This document shows, one piece after another, positions 38,510 to 54,100 of a DNA stretch of 64,000 nucleotides (position 1 is the first letter of the stretch; every line of letters starts with the position of its first letter). The translations under genes were made by a program, and so were the position numbers. The notes under the pieces are model-generated. The model ran no database searches, was not told where the DNA came from, and was given only the letters and a program-made list of their open reading frames with translations. Source of the stretch: Yuukianura sp. NJ FZ-2021 (taxonomy: Eukaryota); assembly GCA_046563655.1 (NCBI GenBank), contig CM102288.1, positions 2,976,001-3,040,000 of the forward strand, read 5' to 3'.

Positions 38510-39882
38510 ATGTCCGATGACGACTTGGAAGTAAGTGAGCATGAACATTTCTTATATTTTCTGTGTTCAGTTGAATTTTAAAGTGATACTTTTTTCAAAT
38601 TGTTAGGCCAATGAACACCGCCGCGGGCATCATTACCGTCGTCGGGCGTCGAAAGAAGACAAGAGACTCATTCATCATAATCACTACAAACATGGGAGTG
38701 TCGTGTCATCCTACACTGCAATCAATGGACAAACCGGCGTACTACGACCACAACTGCATCAGCAGCAACGTAGAACAACGCCATTCAAGTCCTGTCGTCC
38801 TAAAGGGAAGAAACGAATCGAACTTGTGATCAAACAAGGTGGAGGAATTGGATATGCTGCCCAGGAGCAAATACAACTACCACAGACAACTATTCGTCAA
38901 GTACCGCAAGCAATACAATTTCAGCAACCACAAACCACGTTTGCCACGGGCGCATGCGCACCTCCACCACTACCTCCAGCCCAGTATTATCCTGGGCCTC
39001 AATATGCCCCGATGGAACCAATTTACGAACCTCCGCCTCCTGCTAGACGTTACGAAGTTTACCGAAGAACGGAAGAGGATGATAGAAAATACCAACAGAT
39101 GCGACGAGATCTTGTTTCGGAAGGAACTGGAGCAAGCATGGCCGTTCTCCCAGAGGATGCGAAGAGGAAACGAATCAGCTCTGGAACTGGTCCAAGTCAT
39201 GTCACGTTTGCGGACAAAGTGAAGAAAGGGGAGATTGCCAACGAAGGAACTGCAACAAGCATGATGCTGGACAATACACCCAAATTGCTCATCATAAAAC
39301 GTGATGAGCACATGCCCCATTCATCACACTATACCGGTATGTTCCACATTTCATGCTTCAGGTCATTCCATCTTGTGTAACACCCTACATTATTTTTTCG
39401 TTTTTAATAGATTTCACTTCGGCTCCTCGTGTCATGTCTGAGCAAACTGAACAGTACGTTTCCAAGTCAAGGACGGAAGTGCGAGAAGACGAACTCTGTC
39501 CACTGTGTCACGTAGGCCCTCAATTGCACACTTCCTAAAAATTTTGGAGGAATTCTGACAATTTTTTATTTTCCAGAAAGGCTGGTACGTCAAGAAGTTC
39601 ACTTGGTCTGGAATCATCTCCGCCATTTTCTGTTTCCCCTGCGGAATTTACTTTTGTTTCAAAATGCGGGTCTACGTTTGTTCATTTTGTGGAGAACAAC
39701 CTGTAGGAGAATTTGTAAAGTACAAAGAAGCTGACATAGAAAAGATTGAAGGAAACGAAGAGTCCAGAAGTAGACTGATTCCTCCGCAGAAGGCTTCTAA
39801 CTGGACACCGGACAAGAAGCGAGAGGACGAAGATTCGGACAAGGACGCCAAAGGTCAAAAGAAGGCCACCAAAGACAACTAG
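38510..39882 (+). CDS. BRI3 (brain protein I3)-domain membrane protein with a long Gln/Pro-rich N-terminus
   Basis: Four coding exons. CPLCH|KGWYVKKFTWSGIISAIFCFPCGIYFCFKMRVYVCSFCG matches the BRI3 CxxC-hydrophobic-CxxC motif. Confidence 0.75.
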
Positions 39883-40087
39883 CGATTTTGTAGTATTCAA
39901 TTACAATGCTGGAGGTACTGGAAGGAAGCTTTGTTCAAATTACGATGTAAAACGATGCAAAAGAATAAAACAAACAAAAAAGTTCATTTCCACTGCATTT
40001 CATTTATGAGATGTGATTTTTCAATGTTTTTTGAATTTTGAAATACGTTGTATGGATGTGCGTTTGATAGACGAAAAGTTTGGGGAA

Positions 40088-41402
40088 CTTTTTAAGGCGT
40101 TAAAAAGTACTTGAGATCATTGAAAATTTTGGCGTGAAGAGATTGGGTTTCTAACGCATTTCGTTTAAAAGATATAAATTTTTAAAGTTTTTGAATTTTA
40201 GAATTTTTTGGAAAAGATTTTACGTGGCGAAGCTAAAGGTTCTGCTTTGAAACTAGCCGGAGCTATGCGGGGATCGTACAGTCCACAAAGGCTCCTCGCC
40301 TTTCTCAACTTTTTTCCCACTGGCGGCATTCCCATACAAAAGCCAGGTAGAGAAGGATTTCCTATCTACCTCTTTGCTTCGTATAATCCCCTATCTCAAA
40401 CCTCGAAAAATTTTCGGTGCACTCTCAGAATCTTCGCCCTTACAAAACACAGCAACAGACGCAGCATCTTCTCTACTTTTCACAAGCGCTTCAAACGCTG
40501 TAAACCAACGCTGAAAAATCAGCACCGGAAGCACTCCGCTCACACAATTTTCAAACTTATTTACATTTTTAAAAAACTTTAAAAATTCAATCTTGCACCA
40601 TTTTTTTGTGAATGGCGCAGCGTTCCTTCAAACAATTTTGAAACTTTTTTTTTTGCATTTTTCAAAAAGTTAAAGAACCTTCAATTTTGCATCAAGTTTT
40701 AGACTCCACGGTTGAAATTGTCGCTTCCCCAGAGACACAGAACTGCATCTTCAAAAATTTGCATACATGTAGATAAATGGGAAGTCTTCCCATTTTTTAA
40801 AAATCAAAACGAAATTTTGTTTGATTTTGAGCTTTTTAAACCGTTAAAAAATACTTGAGGTAATTATGAATTTAGGCGTGAAGAGATTAGCTTTCGAACG
40901 TATTTTGTTCCTGAGATATGAATTTTTAAAGTTTTTTAATTTTAGAATTTTTTGGAAGAGATTTTACATGGGGAAGCTGAAGGTTCACTTTTGAAACTGT
41001 CCGGAGCTATGCGGGGATCGTACGGTCCAGAAAGGCTCCTCGCCTTTCTCAACTTTTTTCCCACTGGCGGCATTCCCATACAAAAGCCAGGCAGAGGAGG
41101 ATTTCCCATTCACCTCTTTGCTTCGTATAATCTCCGATCTCAAACCTCGAAAAATTCCCAGTGCACTTTCAGAATCTCGCCCTTCCAAAACACAGCAACA
41201 GACGCAGCATCTTCTCTAATTTTCGCAAGCGCTTCGAACGCTGCAAACCAACGCTGAAAAATCAACACCACAAGCACTCCGTTCACACAATTTTCAAACT
41301 TATTTGCATTTTTAAAAACTTTAATTTTTCATTTATTTCTTTGGTCCCTGAGTTGAAATTGTCCTTTCCTAAAAACCAAACGCAGAATCTTCATCTTCAA
41401 AC
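40088..41402. repeat. Diverged direct duplication (~490-bp core, copies 744 bp apart); probable TE or satellite relic
   Basis: 40088-40580 aligns with 40832-41323 (e.g. CTCCTCGCCTTTCTCAACTTTTTTCCCACTGGCGGCATTCCCATACAAAAGCCAGG in both). Weaker similarity at 40710-40755 versus 41352-41402. Confidence 0.9.
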
Positions 41403-41789
41403 ATAAAACCGCGCGAAACGAAAGATGAACTTGCAAAAACCAAAAATTCGCAAAAACTGCAGAAAAACTTGACTCCCTTTCTCCCATTCACACAAACTAA
41501 ATATGAGTAAATTGTCAATTTTTTAGCCTAAAATTGATGCAAAAAAAATCGGAAAACAACGGGATTGTTTTAAAATTTGTTTAAAAATAGAAGATGCTCT
41601 TTTATTCCTACTCTGAAACCCTTTGAAAAGGTGCATTAGAAAGTGGGCATGCAGAAATGCATTGGCTCTCAAATAAAAATTTGAATTATGAAAACTGTTC
41701 TCAATTCCAAATGCATTTGTACAGGATAAAAATGGTTGCTCGGATTCTTGGTTCTTCCTTCTCAACAAATTCATTCTGTTCTCCGCTTT

Positions 41790-44722
<2,933 letters not shown>

Positions 44723-46539
44723 TTCGTCTTCAACCGTTGTAGGACACGTGATGCTGCCCAAAAAATCCAGAGTTCCTCAACTTCAAACGACTAGAACACA
44801 AACAATTCACAAGTTGTAAAAATCAACAAGTTTCACTTTCACAAAATATCACAAATCACTACTACTTGACGATTAACACACAAGGATTGCCAAAAATTTG
44901 CCAACGGACGGAACTGGACGGAGGAGATGCCTGAGGACTCGGGAATCCCTTTAGGCTCCTCTTTAACAGCGAAAACCAAAACCAAAAATTCAAAATTCTT
45001 ATTTCTGCGGATAAGATTGTACTGGGGAAGTTGTAAAAGTCAGTCCAACGTCTAACGACAACTTGGATTGCAGTACTTGCGTCGTCTTCAAGTAGTTGTT
45101 CATTCAATTTCTGAGGTTGACGGGGTTATCTTATTCCTTTTGGACCAGTCAGTAAGATCCTCACTAAAAAACTAAGTATAGGCAACTTTTAGGAGTAAGT
45201 ATTATGCACTTTAGCAGACGTAGACCTCATCTTTCCAACTAAAACTCCTCGCTGCTCTCAGCATTCGTCTCCCCCCGTTCTTCCATCGTCCTCATCTACT
45301 TCGTAACAACGTTAAGTTACACCAAAAGAACCTCATACACCAGCAGCCACCGACCCCACCACTCCACTTCATTCTTCATCTATTTACTAAACACTTCAAA
45401 ATTAACAAACTTAACTAGTAGTATACCCAATTTTCAACGGACACTCACATGAAATGCGAACCGAACTCATTCATTCACAATTTAGCACAACAATCATCCT
45501 GTGCTGCTCAAGCATTCCAGCATCCAGCATCTCTAAAACTGGCGAACCTTCGCCAATCCAAAGTCCCTAAAAGCAACAAAAGACTGTACAAAAAAAACTT
45601 GTAAAACTTCTGAAGCAAAGCATGGCCACTTCAAAAAATTCCACTCCCCGTCGTCAAGCAATGGCTCACCATTTTGCAAATTTTTTCCACATCCCTAACA
45701 ATTTTTACGCATTAATTTTTGTACCACTAGTGTGAATGAGCATATACTTTATAAGCTTAAATTCTTTGCTTTATACACCAAAAGCGTAAAAGTATATGCT
45801 CCCAAAATCCAAAGTGCAGTAACGAAAACGATAATACCAGCACAGCATTACCACCACAAAAGCATAGCCCCACCAAACAATAAAATCATACACCCAACTG
45901 CCATTTAAGCCTATATAACTTAACCATAAAAAAAGTTAATGTTAAAAATGTTCTAGAAGTGGCCAATTTCTCCCCTTCTGCCTATCTAATAGTAAGCAAT
46001 ACATAAGCAGTCAGAGTCTCTCTAAGTGTTATAAGTGGTTAGTAAGCTATGTATTGTCGTTATAGCGAAATAGTACCTACTACGTGTAGCGCCAGGCGCC
46101 AAGTACTTCATCTCTCCCTATTTGCAAACCAAGGCTTCAAATGCAACTTTTGTCTCCCCATTTTTTTGCTGCCCTGAGCTCATCTCTCCTTCAAGTGCCT
46201 TCTGCATTTACTTTCATCCGCGTGGAATGCAGTGGTAGGGATTTTAGCAAAGGAGGAGACCACCGTCGGCACAACAGGCGGAGTCACCACTAAACTATTT
46301 TTTTTTTTTTGCAATTTCCGCCATGTTGCAAATGGAAGATGATACAAATCTAAAGAATTTAGAATTTAGAACAAAAATTAGCTTGTTGAATTCTTTCGAA
46401 AATATCTGAAAAATTGTAAAATAATTTGGAAGTGACTTGCGTTCCACTTTCCCTACAAACTCACACCTCATCAATTGGGGAAAGCGGCTTGAGTAGGTTA
46501 TGAATTCCAATTTTTAAAATGGCGTACAATTTCAAAAAA

Positions 46540-47720
46540 GCGCGAAAACCGAAATTTCAAAATTCAAATGGGACTGAGGCCTGGTAAAGTGAATTTAGCA
46601 CCAACAAGAACATACTAATGAGTGACTTTCGCACATGGTTTTGAGCATTCTAATTTTTTCAAAATTTTTGAAAATTTCATGAAATTCTGAAACAAAATTC
46701 AAAATTTTAAAATTGACACAAGAACAGGGAGTTGGGAGGATATTTTAGAAATTATGAACGGCTTTCAAATTTGGTTTTACATGTTTGTTTCATAAAATTC
46801 ATGAATTTTCAAAATTTTAATTTTTTTCATAAAACTGAAATTAAAATTTCGAAAAATTAAATTTGATATAATGATTTTAGTTATATCGGAATTTAATTTT
46901 AATTTGAAAATATATAATAACATTAGCAAAAGGAAAGCATATGTATACTTTGTTGCTTGCAATGCATGCGAAGGGTACCGGTTGAATAATTTGATGCCCT
47001 GAAGGGCCTACCAAGAAAAAGTGCAATTGCAACGTCGGAAGTTGATCATAACAAGGGTCACTAATTTTCTAAAAATTGAAATTTTTGAAAATGAGTGTTT
47101 TTCAACTCCATTTTCAAAAATTTCGAAATTTCGAAAACGGACATGATATTCAGTCCCCTTAAGGGCCGTAACTGAAAAACCATTTTTGCAAAACCTGAAG
47201 TTGGTCTAAACACAACAAACTAATTTTCCAGTCACTGAAAACTATGGAAAACAATTCTGTTCTAAAAATTTTTCAAAATTTTGAACTTTTTTAAAAAACG
47301 ATTAAAAAATTAATTACATTTCGAAAAACATGAAAGTCATCCTGCGAAAAATTTCTATCCGTGAGTACCAAGGCCTCCAGGACTTGAAATAGCAAACTTT
47401 ATCTCGTTTTGAACCCTTTTTTAAAAAATTTAAAATTTTCTAAAAAATTGCAAAAAATTGAAGCCCTTTTTGAAAAAGTCAAAATTCAAAACCGGAAGTG
47501 GCTCTAGTAGCCTATCAGATCCCTTCTGCAGCAAAAAAATTCAGAATTTACTTCGAAAAGCCCTTAAATTCGGTTATCGTATTCTACCGGGTATCCGCCA
47601 TGTTGGTTATTCCCGAAATCTGTGCAAAATCACCCAAAGAGACAAGAATTAGCAAAAAATTATGCCGGTTTTAGCAGTCAAATTTAACTACATCTTGCTT
47701 TTATGGTTTAGAGATATCAA
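46540..47720. repeat. Degenerate repeat/TE-like tract with phased A/T runs upstream of Imp
   Basis: Related motifs TGCCCTGAAGGGCC..GCAACGTCGGAAGTTGATC (about 46996) and TCCCCTTAAGGGCC..GCAAAACCTGAAGTTGGTC (about 47154), interleaved with TTCAAAATTTTGAA-type runs. No termini identified. Confidence 0.4.
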
Positions 47721-50700
47721 AAATAGTTAATTGTAGTTAGTTAACTAACTAAACCGGAGATCGGTTGGGGTGCGGGATGGTATTGGCAGAGATGTAATTT
47801 GCGAATCTCTGTGTGGGATGGGAATTCGGAAACAGGTTGGTGGAACAGAGATTCGTAATCTCACTGCTCCAAGCCCATCCCACTCAAAGCTAAGAAGCAA
47901 TCTCACTCCAAGCCGCTTCAAATCTTTGCAACAACAACGCCAAAGACTGCAATTGAACAAGAAAATAGCACAAATGAAACCAAAATTCCTAAGGGCCCAC
48001 ATCCAAAAACCTAATCCGGCTAATTACTCTCACGAAATCAACTTATTGCCAATTTAACCCCAACCGCTTAAATTGATTCAATTCATACATTCAAACACAC
48101 ATGCATATTCAATTGCATTATCATATCTGTAATTAAAGTTATATTAACTAACCTGATTAAGTTTAAGTTAGGCTAAACTAAACATAAATTACACCGGTTA
48201 CCGGTAATCATGCTCCTGAGAACATGATCCGGTACAAGTTTAGCGTTAACTCCTACCTTCCAATCCCTTGAATTCGTTGGCAAATTTGGCAAAACCTCAA
48301 GTGTAAATCGTCAAGTAGTGTTCAATTACTAATCTAAACACTTTAGTCAAGTTACCAATATCGTTCACCGGTCACTGTTCCTTATGACTTAAGTATAAGC
48401 CGTCGTCTCGTAAGCCGTACCCGGTAGATGTGATCCCGCCAAACAGATGATAGTTTTCACTTCCAAGGTACGTGTCAAGTGTCCCTTGACCTCTTCAGTC
48501 GTTGACCCACACCACTGTTACGATACTTGACTGAAATGACCTATTAGTATTCGGAAAAACCCACAATGAAAGATCCAAATGACAGTGACAGTGACATTTT
48601 CATAGGCAAGAGATGAGAAACAACCACGAAAGGACAGATAAACAAGAAATATAAACAGACAGAAAGAGTTAAGTTTGAAGTACCTCAATCCTAGTAAACC
48701 GATGAATGCGACTTACGTTAAGACAATAGTCTTGAAGTGTAGATAATTGTTGACATTATGCAATTAAAGTGTTGTTTTGAGTGCCTTGTCAGTTGGTGAG
48801 AGTCCTTAGCTGCCTCCGTTTCCCTTTATAAAAGTGTTCCTCTCCTTGTCCCAGTGTTAAAAGTTAAGAGTAGAAGGGGCCTCTTTTAGTTTGCGTAGTA
48901 AAGTGTATGAGGCTGTTGTGGAAGGGAGGGAGAGTGGCAGCCATCTTGTGAGAGGTGACGTAGCGGAGAGAGAGAGACGCCCAGCCACAGATCGGCGTGT
49001 CTCGCTCCTCTCTCACTCCACCCTCGGTGCCCCTTTGCCAAAAATTGGCAAATATGCAAATTCAACTCCCCTCCTCCTCCTGTGGGCTCCAAACAACACA
49101 GCTTACGCCACTGAACACTTCACGAGAGAGGCCAATGCACTCAACACATGTCGTAGACTTAACACTTTATCTTGTAACTGATACTAAAAACCACTCACCT
49201 TACACTGTTTTAACATTACATAACTAACATTTAAATAGCATTTTAACATGGCAGAGTTAAAACTCAACTAGCCTAACTAATGTTTAACCAAGTTAACAAC
49301 GACTTAATTAATTTGATAATTGAGGGCATTCAAAATAACATTAGGTAAAAATTTTTTAAAAACTTCTGACTTTTAGCTTTAGAATGTCAAAATAATTCGA
49401 ATTTCAAACGAATTTGAATATTTGAATTATTAATGTTCCCGCCAAAACGTTTTTGGCAACTCCCTTCGCGACATATCTGAAAATGGGTAGAAAAAGTTAA
49501 AACTGTTAAAAAATTATTATAATTACTGATGGCAATACTTATAAAAAATATAAAACTATTAATGCTACTCTATAGCTAGGGTAAAGATCTTCTTTGCTGA
49601 ACTAAAGTAAAGTAAGTCTAGTAAGGGAAGAGGATTCATAAAAGTAGGGCACCAGAGAGTCGTCAATTTGTCAACAACCGATTCATTTTTGAGTCATCGA
49701 TGATGAAGATGATAAAAGCTGTAAGTTTAAGTTTAAATGAAGTGTTAATTTTACTTTGTAAGTATAGACTGGACGAAATGCATTCTAACTGGCGCCAAAA
49801 ATTAACAATTAGTATTTGCATTGCAAATAAATTCGCCAGCCAAGCAGCTATTTTAAGCATAACGATGCCTTCCTTATTTAAAGTTTTTGTCTCTCACGAC
49901 CACTTCCAGAAAAGGCGTCACTGGCGATATTAAAGAGACAGTTAAGAAGTTAACTGCATTCCACATGACATTTACGTTCATCAACCTCCTAATTCCTTCA
50001 ATTTTAGTCAATTGCCAATTTTTATAACGATAGATGACACATCGCCAAAAAAACTGCATTGCTTCATTCTTAAATCAAAATCTTAGACACCCCACCCCAC
50101 CGAATCACAATTTGTGCGTCGAAATGCAACAAAGTAAGTGAGCTAAAGTTTGCAAATTGAAAACTTAAGTTTTGCAAACTCAAACGCTACATTATGGCAT
50201 GCATGCCACACCATGTATTATGCATGGGATAGACGCCGGTTGATATTTACCTTCATTGCAACTTCCATTGCAATTTCCAAGATCCAAGGTCATCTGAAAA
50301 AATTCCTCCACTTTTAATAAACCACTCTGCCTAACAACAACTTTGGTATCATCCTTAAAATTGCAAAATCTCCATTCTCCATTCCTCCGTACACCTTTCA
50401 GTCGGTGAATGTTACCGTCGCTATGTTAGGTTGAATCCAAGCATTCCTGCAGTTGCAGTGCCAAGCCCATCGCCAGGATCCACATCTCTCCAAAAACATG
50501 CAAATTCCTATTGTTCTGCTCAGCTTGCAGACAGGGTTATGCACTTGTTAGCTTTTGGAATACAAGGACCCTGGAGGTGGGCCCTTGTACTAAAAAGTGA
50601 AGTTACATGCGTCAGTCCCCCTCCCTTTGTTCTTGGATGATCCGTTGGCCTTAAGTGGTTGGAAGTGGAAGTGACAGGTGCTTTGGAGGCTCATCTTCCA

Positions 50701-51164
50701 ACCGATCACACTTCCTCTCCCAGTACAAACTCCACTCTCATTATACACGATTTACGATGATCCACTTCCCATGTACCCTTAACTCTACTTCCAGAACCCT
50801 TAAACAAGTCAATAAACTCATAATTAACACACTGAATCACTCAAAAACCAACTTAATCAACCAATTACAATCCATTTCTGCACTTTTAGTCTAATAAAAG
50901 TACTAAAAGTTTTAGTAACTTTTAAAAAGTAAGTACAGAAATGGATTGCCCAGTTTTTGATAAACTTGGAGCCATTTAATTTATATTATGGTTTCCAGCA
51001 GCATATTTCTTTCAGATCTTAGCTGTTTGTGGTCTAATCTATCGTACGGTTAAGTAGTTACGTAATTTGAGACTCTGTGAGAAAGAATTTGAGGGTAAAA
51101 ACCGGGAAGGAAATTTGGATGGACCAGGAAGTGACCTGTGAAGGTCACTTAAGGGTCAAGGGAC

Positions 51165-54100
51165 TCAAGGATCAATAAAGGAAACCATAATGTAGCGCGT
51201 GCCTGAATGAACTCGAAGTCCTTCATGCTGATGCGTTAGTTTCCCGGGGTGCATGATCAACCAGCCAACTTTCGTTTCCGTTACGGAGCAATTGTATCTC
51301 GTAAATCTACAGCCACCGCCCTACAACAATTCGGAAAGAATTTGAAAACTCGTTTCAAAAACTTTTAACTTTACTTATACTGCTTACCGTAAAGTCTTCG
51401 TTGACCTTGTTCAGTGCAATGTTGATTGTGTAAGTAGAAGTGTCATGATGGGGTTTCAGTTCCCGCTGCTCATCAGGTTTGTACCGAACAATAAAATTCA
51501 TAGATGCAAATGGGGGCTAGAAAGATAGAATTTCAAAATTAGTTAAATTTTTCGGCAGGAAGTTATGAAAATAACGTTTTTTCGTCGCTTACGTAATGGT
51601 GATAGCCAACATAAACTCTTGACTGGAGGGGTTCTACATAAAGTCTGAGTATTTCGAGCCAGTGAGCTTCAAATCCAATTTGATTCATATGGATATCCAC
51701 CGTTGGAACATTTTCATAACCTCCATCGAGTCGAGGGTCCTACCAACAACATAACAGGTTCAAAACAGGCATCTTTGTCATAAGACTCATCAATTCCAAA
51801 ATTTCATTTTCAAACTTTTTGAAAATACTCACATAATTTGATCCATCGGACCATTTTCCAAAATTTTCGGCTTCTTCCACCTTCTCTTTGCAATATCTTT
51901 CTGTCACTATCGGAAACCAGTAGACGTCCGGACACGGCTGAAAAACGGCAAGAAATTGAAAATTGACCAAAAACAGTTTTCAACATCATTTTCAAAATCT
52001 TTTTCTTTCACGGTTTTCAATTTCTTACTTCCAGTAAAGTAACGTTGGGATCCACTCCTTGTGACCAATTCGGATGCAAGTATCTTACTTCCCAATCCCA
52101 CCGATTATCAAACAATTGGAACAATTCATTATGGAGATGCGTCGTTTCGAAATTATCTGCATTCACCTATAAAAGATTTTCAAAAAACCGATTTAAAAAT
52201 TTCAAAATTCAATTTTCTGAACTTCTTCGTATTTGCTTACCAAATGCCCAAAATCGACCCTGTTTGACACGAACATGAAGATGCCCCTGTCTCGGTTATT
52301 GGTACAAAAGGCCATGTCAGCATCCAACAAATTGTTAATGTACGAAGGCTTCGTGGCTTCATTTCGTATCAAGGATCCATTGACAAGGTAGGCAGCACTT
52401 ATAAACGGAACGTTCCATAGACCTCTAAAATACAAAAGCAAAAAGAACTGCACATAAAACAAAAACTGTAAAACTGATGACCAAAATACACCAGCAAATT
52501 AAACACCGATTCACAAAAGTGTTCCAGTCATTCCAGTCCATTTTGGTTAGTAATTTTAAAAACTACAACTATATGTCTAAAAGTATAAAAATTTCTGGAA
52601 ATTTTCTATTTCGGACTTTTCTATTTGTTTTGAAAGGCTCCCCTCGAAAGCTTACAATCGATTTTCGGTGGAACTACACTGGGAAACTCCTAGACAGAGG
52701 GGAAACACCGGAGTGTGTGGTTAAGCATGAAACTTTTACTTATAGATTTCCAACAAAAAAGGAAAGTCCAGAAAATGGAAACTTTTCCAGGAATTCAGAA
52801 ACGGGAGAAAGCTGGAGAAACATGGAGGCTAAATTTTTTTTACTGTTAGTCATAATTTTGATTTTTTCATTTCTTGAGCCAATTGCAGGAAGACGCGTAA
52901 GTAAAAAAAAAAAACAACGTATTTTACACAAAAAAAAAGTCCGTCACTGTTTTTAGAAAATTAGTTTTGTGATTTCAAAATTTCAATTTTCCGATTTTAT
53001 GAAATTAGTCCAGGGGCAGAGCAAGAGTTAAAACACAATTGACAAGTCATCGATTGCCAATCGGAGCAAAATGGAAAGACGACGAAACCGCTAAATATTA
53101 CGAACATCCCGGTGTAGGTTACAAATCAACATGGTTTTCAGAAATTTTTCGAGGTTTCAAAATTTTCAAAATTTCAGGGAGCCAAAATTTTGAAAGCATC
53201 TCACTTTGATATGGAGTATTCCCTTGGACATAAAATATATTTCATGTGCATTGCTGAAGGAAATCCGCGTCCCGAAATCCTTTGGATGAAAGATGGAATC
53301 GAAATCTATGCACATCAGCATCTCATTGTAAGTCCAAATTTCGTTTAAAACCCGTTTTCAATACTTTTTTCCAAAAAGTTTTTGAAAAATTTCTTTTCTG
53401 TTTCCAGATACACGAATGGAGAACGGGAACGCAGAAACTAAAATCTAAAATGGAAATTGACCCGGCTACGCAGCGGGATCAAGGGCTCTACGACTGCATT
53501 GCCCACAACAAATATTCATATGACAGACGCGTATTTCGAACTGAACTGGATCTGGATTAAACGAAACATAATCAAAATCACAAATATCAACACGACATGA
53601 TAGAGGTCACGAGGTCAACATTGTAGATAACACACAAAGATGCAATAAATCCAATATATCACCTTACCTTCTCTCTCCTTTGACAATTTCCATGTAGTCG
53701 TTGCTCCTCGCATAAAATCCTTCGGTGTTAAGTGCTCCCCAGAAGTTACTCCAAGCCTTGTAAGGTCGTACAAGTATTGGTGCTAAAATCAAACGATTTT
53801 GCTCAATCATCAACTTAAGTGTGAACGGATTGTCCAAGTGAGCCTCTCCGTCGACACTCATGTAGTAGTCACAGTTCTTCTGGGCACATAGATCTCTGCA
53901 AAACCAAACAAACAGAGTTAAGGTCAAAGGTCAACATCAACAAGGGGTCAACGGCATAAGCAAAAGTTACTGACACTGCAAGGTTCCTGGCATGCCATTC
54001 CTTGGTGTTATCCGTTGGCAAAATTATTTTGACTCCAGCGTATTTTCCGCTTTCATTTTCTACAAAGTCGTTCACTATTTTTTCATGATAGGGAGCCTAA

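Noticed and set aside
40208..41257. Paralogous 124-aa and 101-aa ORFs
   Set aside because: They have non-ATG starts and no shared frame along their length; by-products of the DNA duplication.
46248..46275. AAA|GGAGGAGACC as a second Spy-like terminus
   Set aside because: I could not find a matching inverted end followed by TTT downstream.
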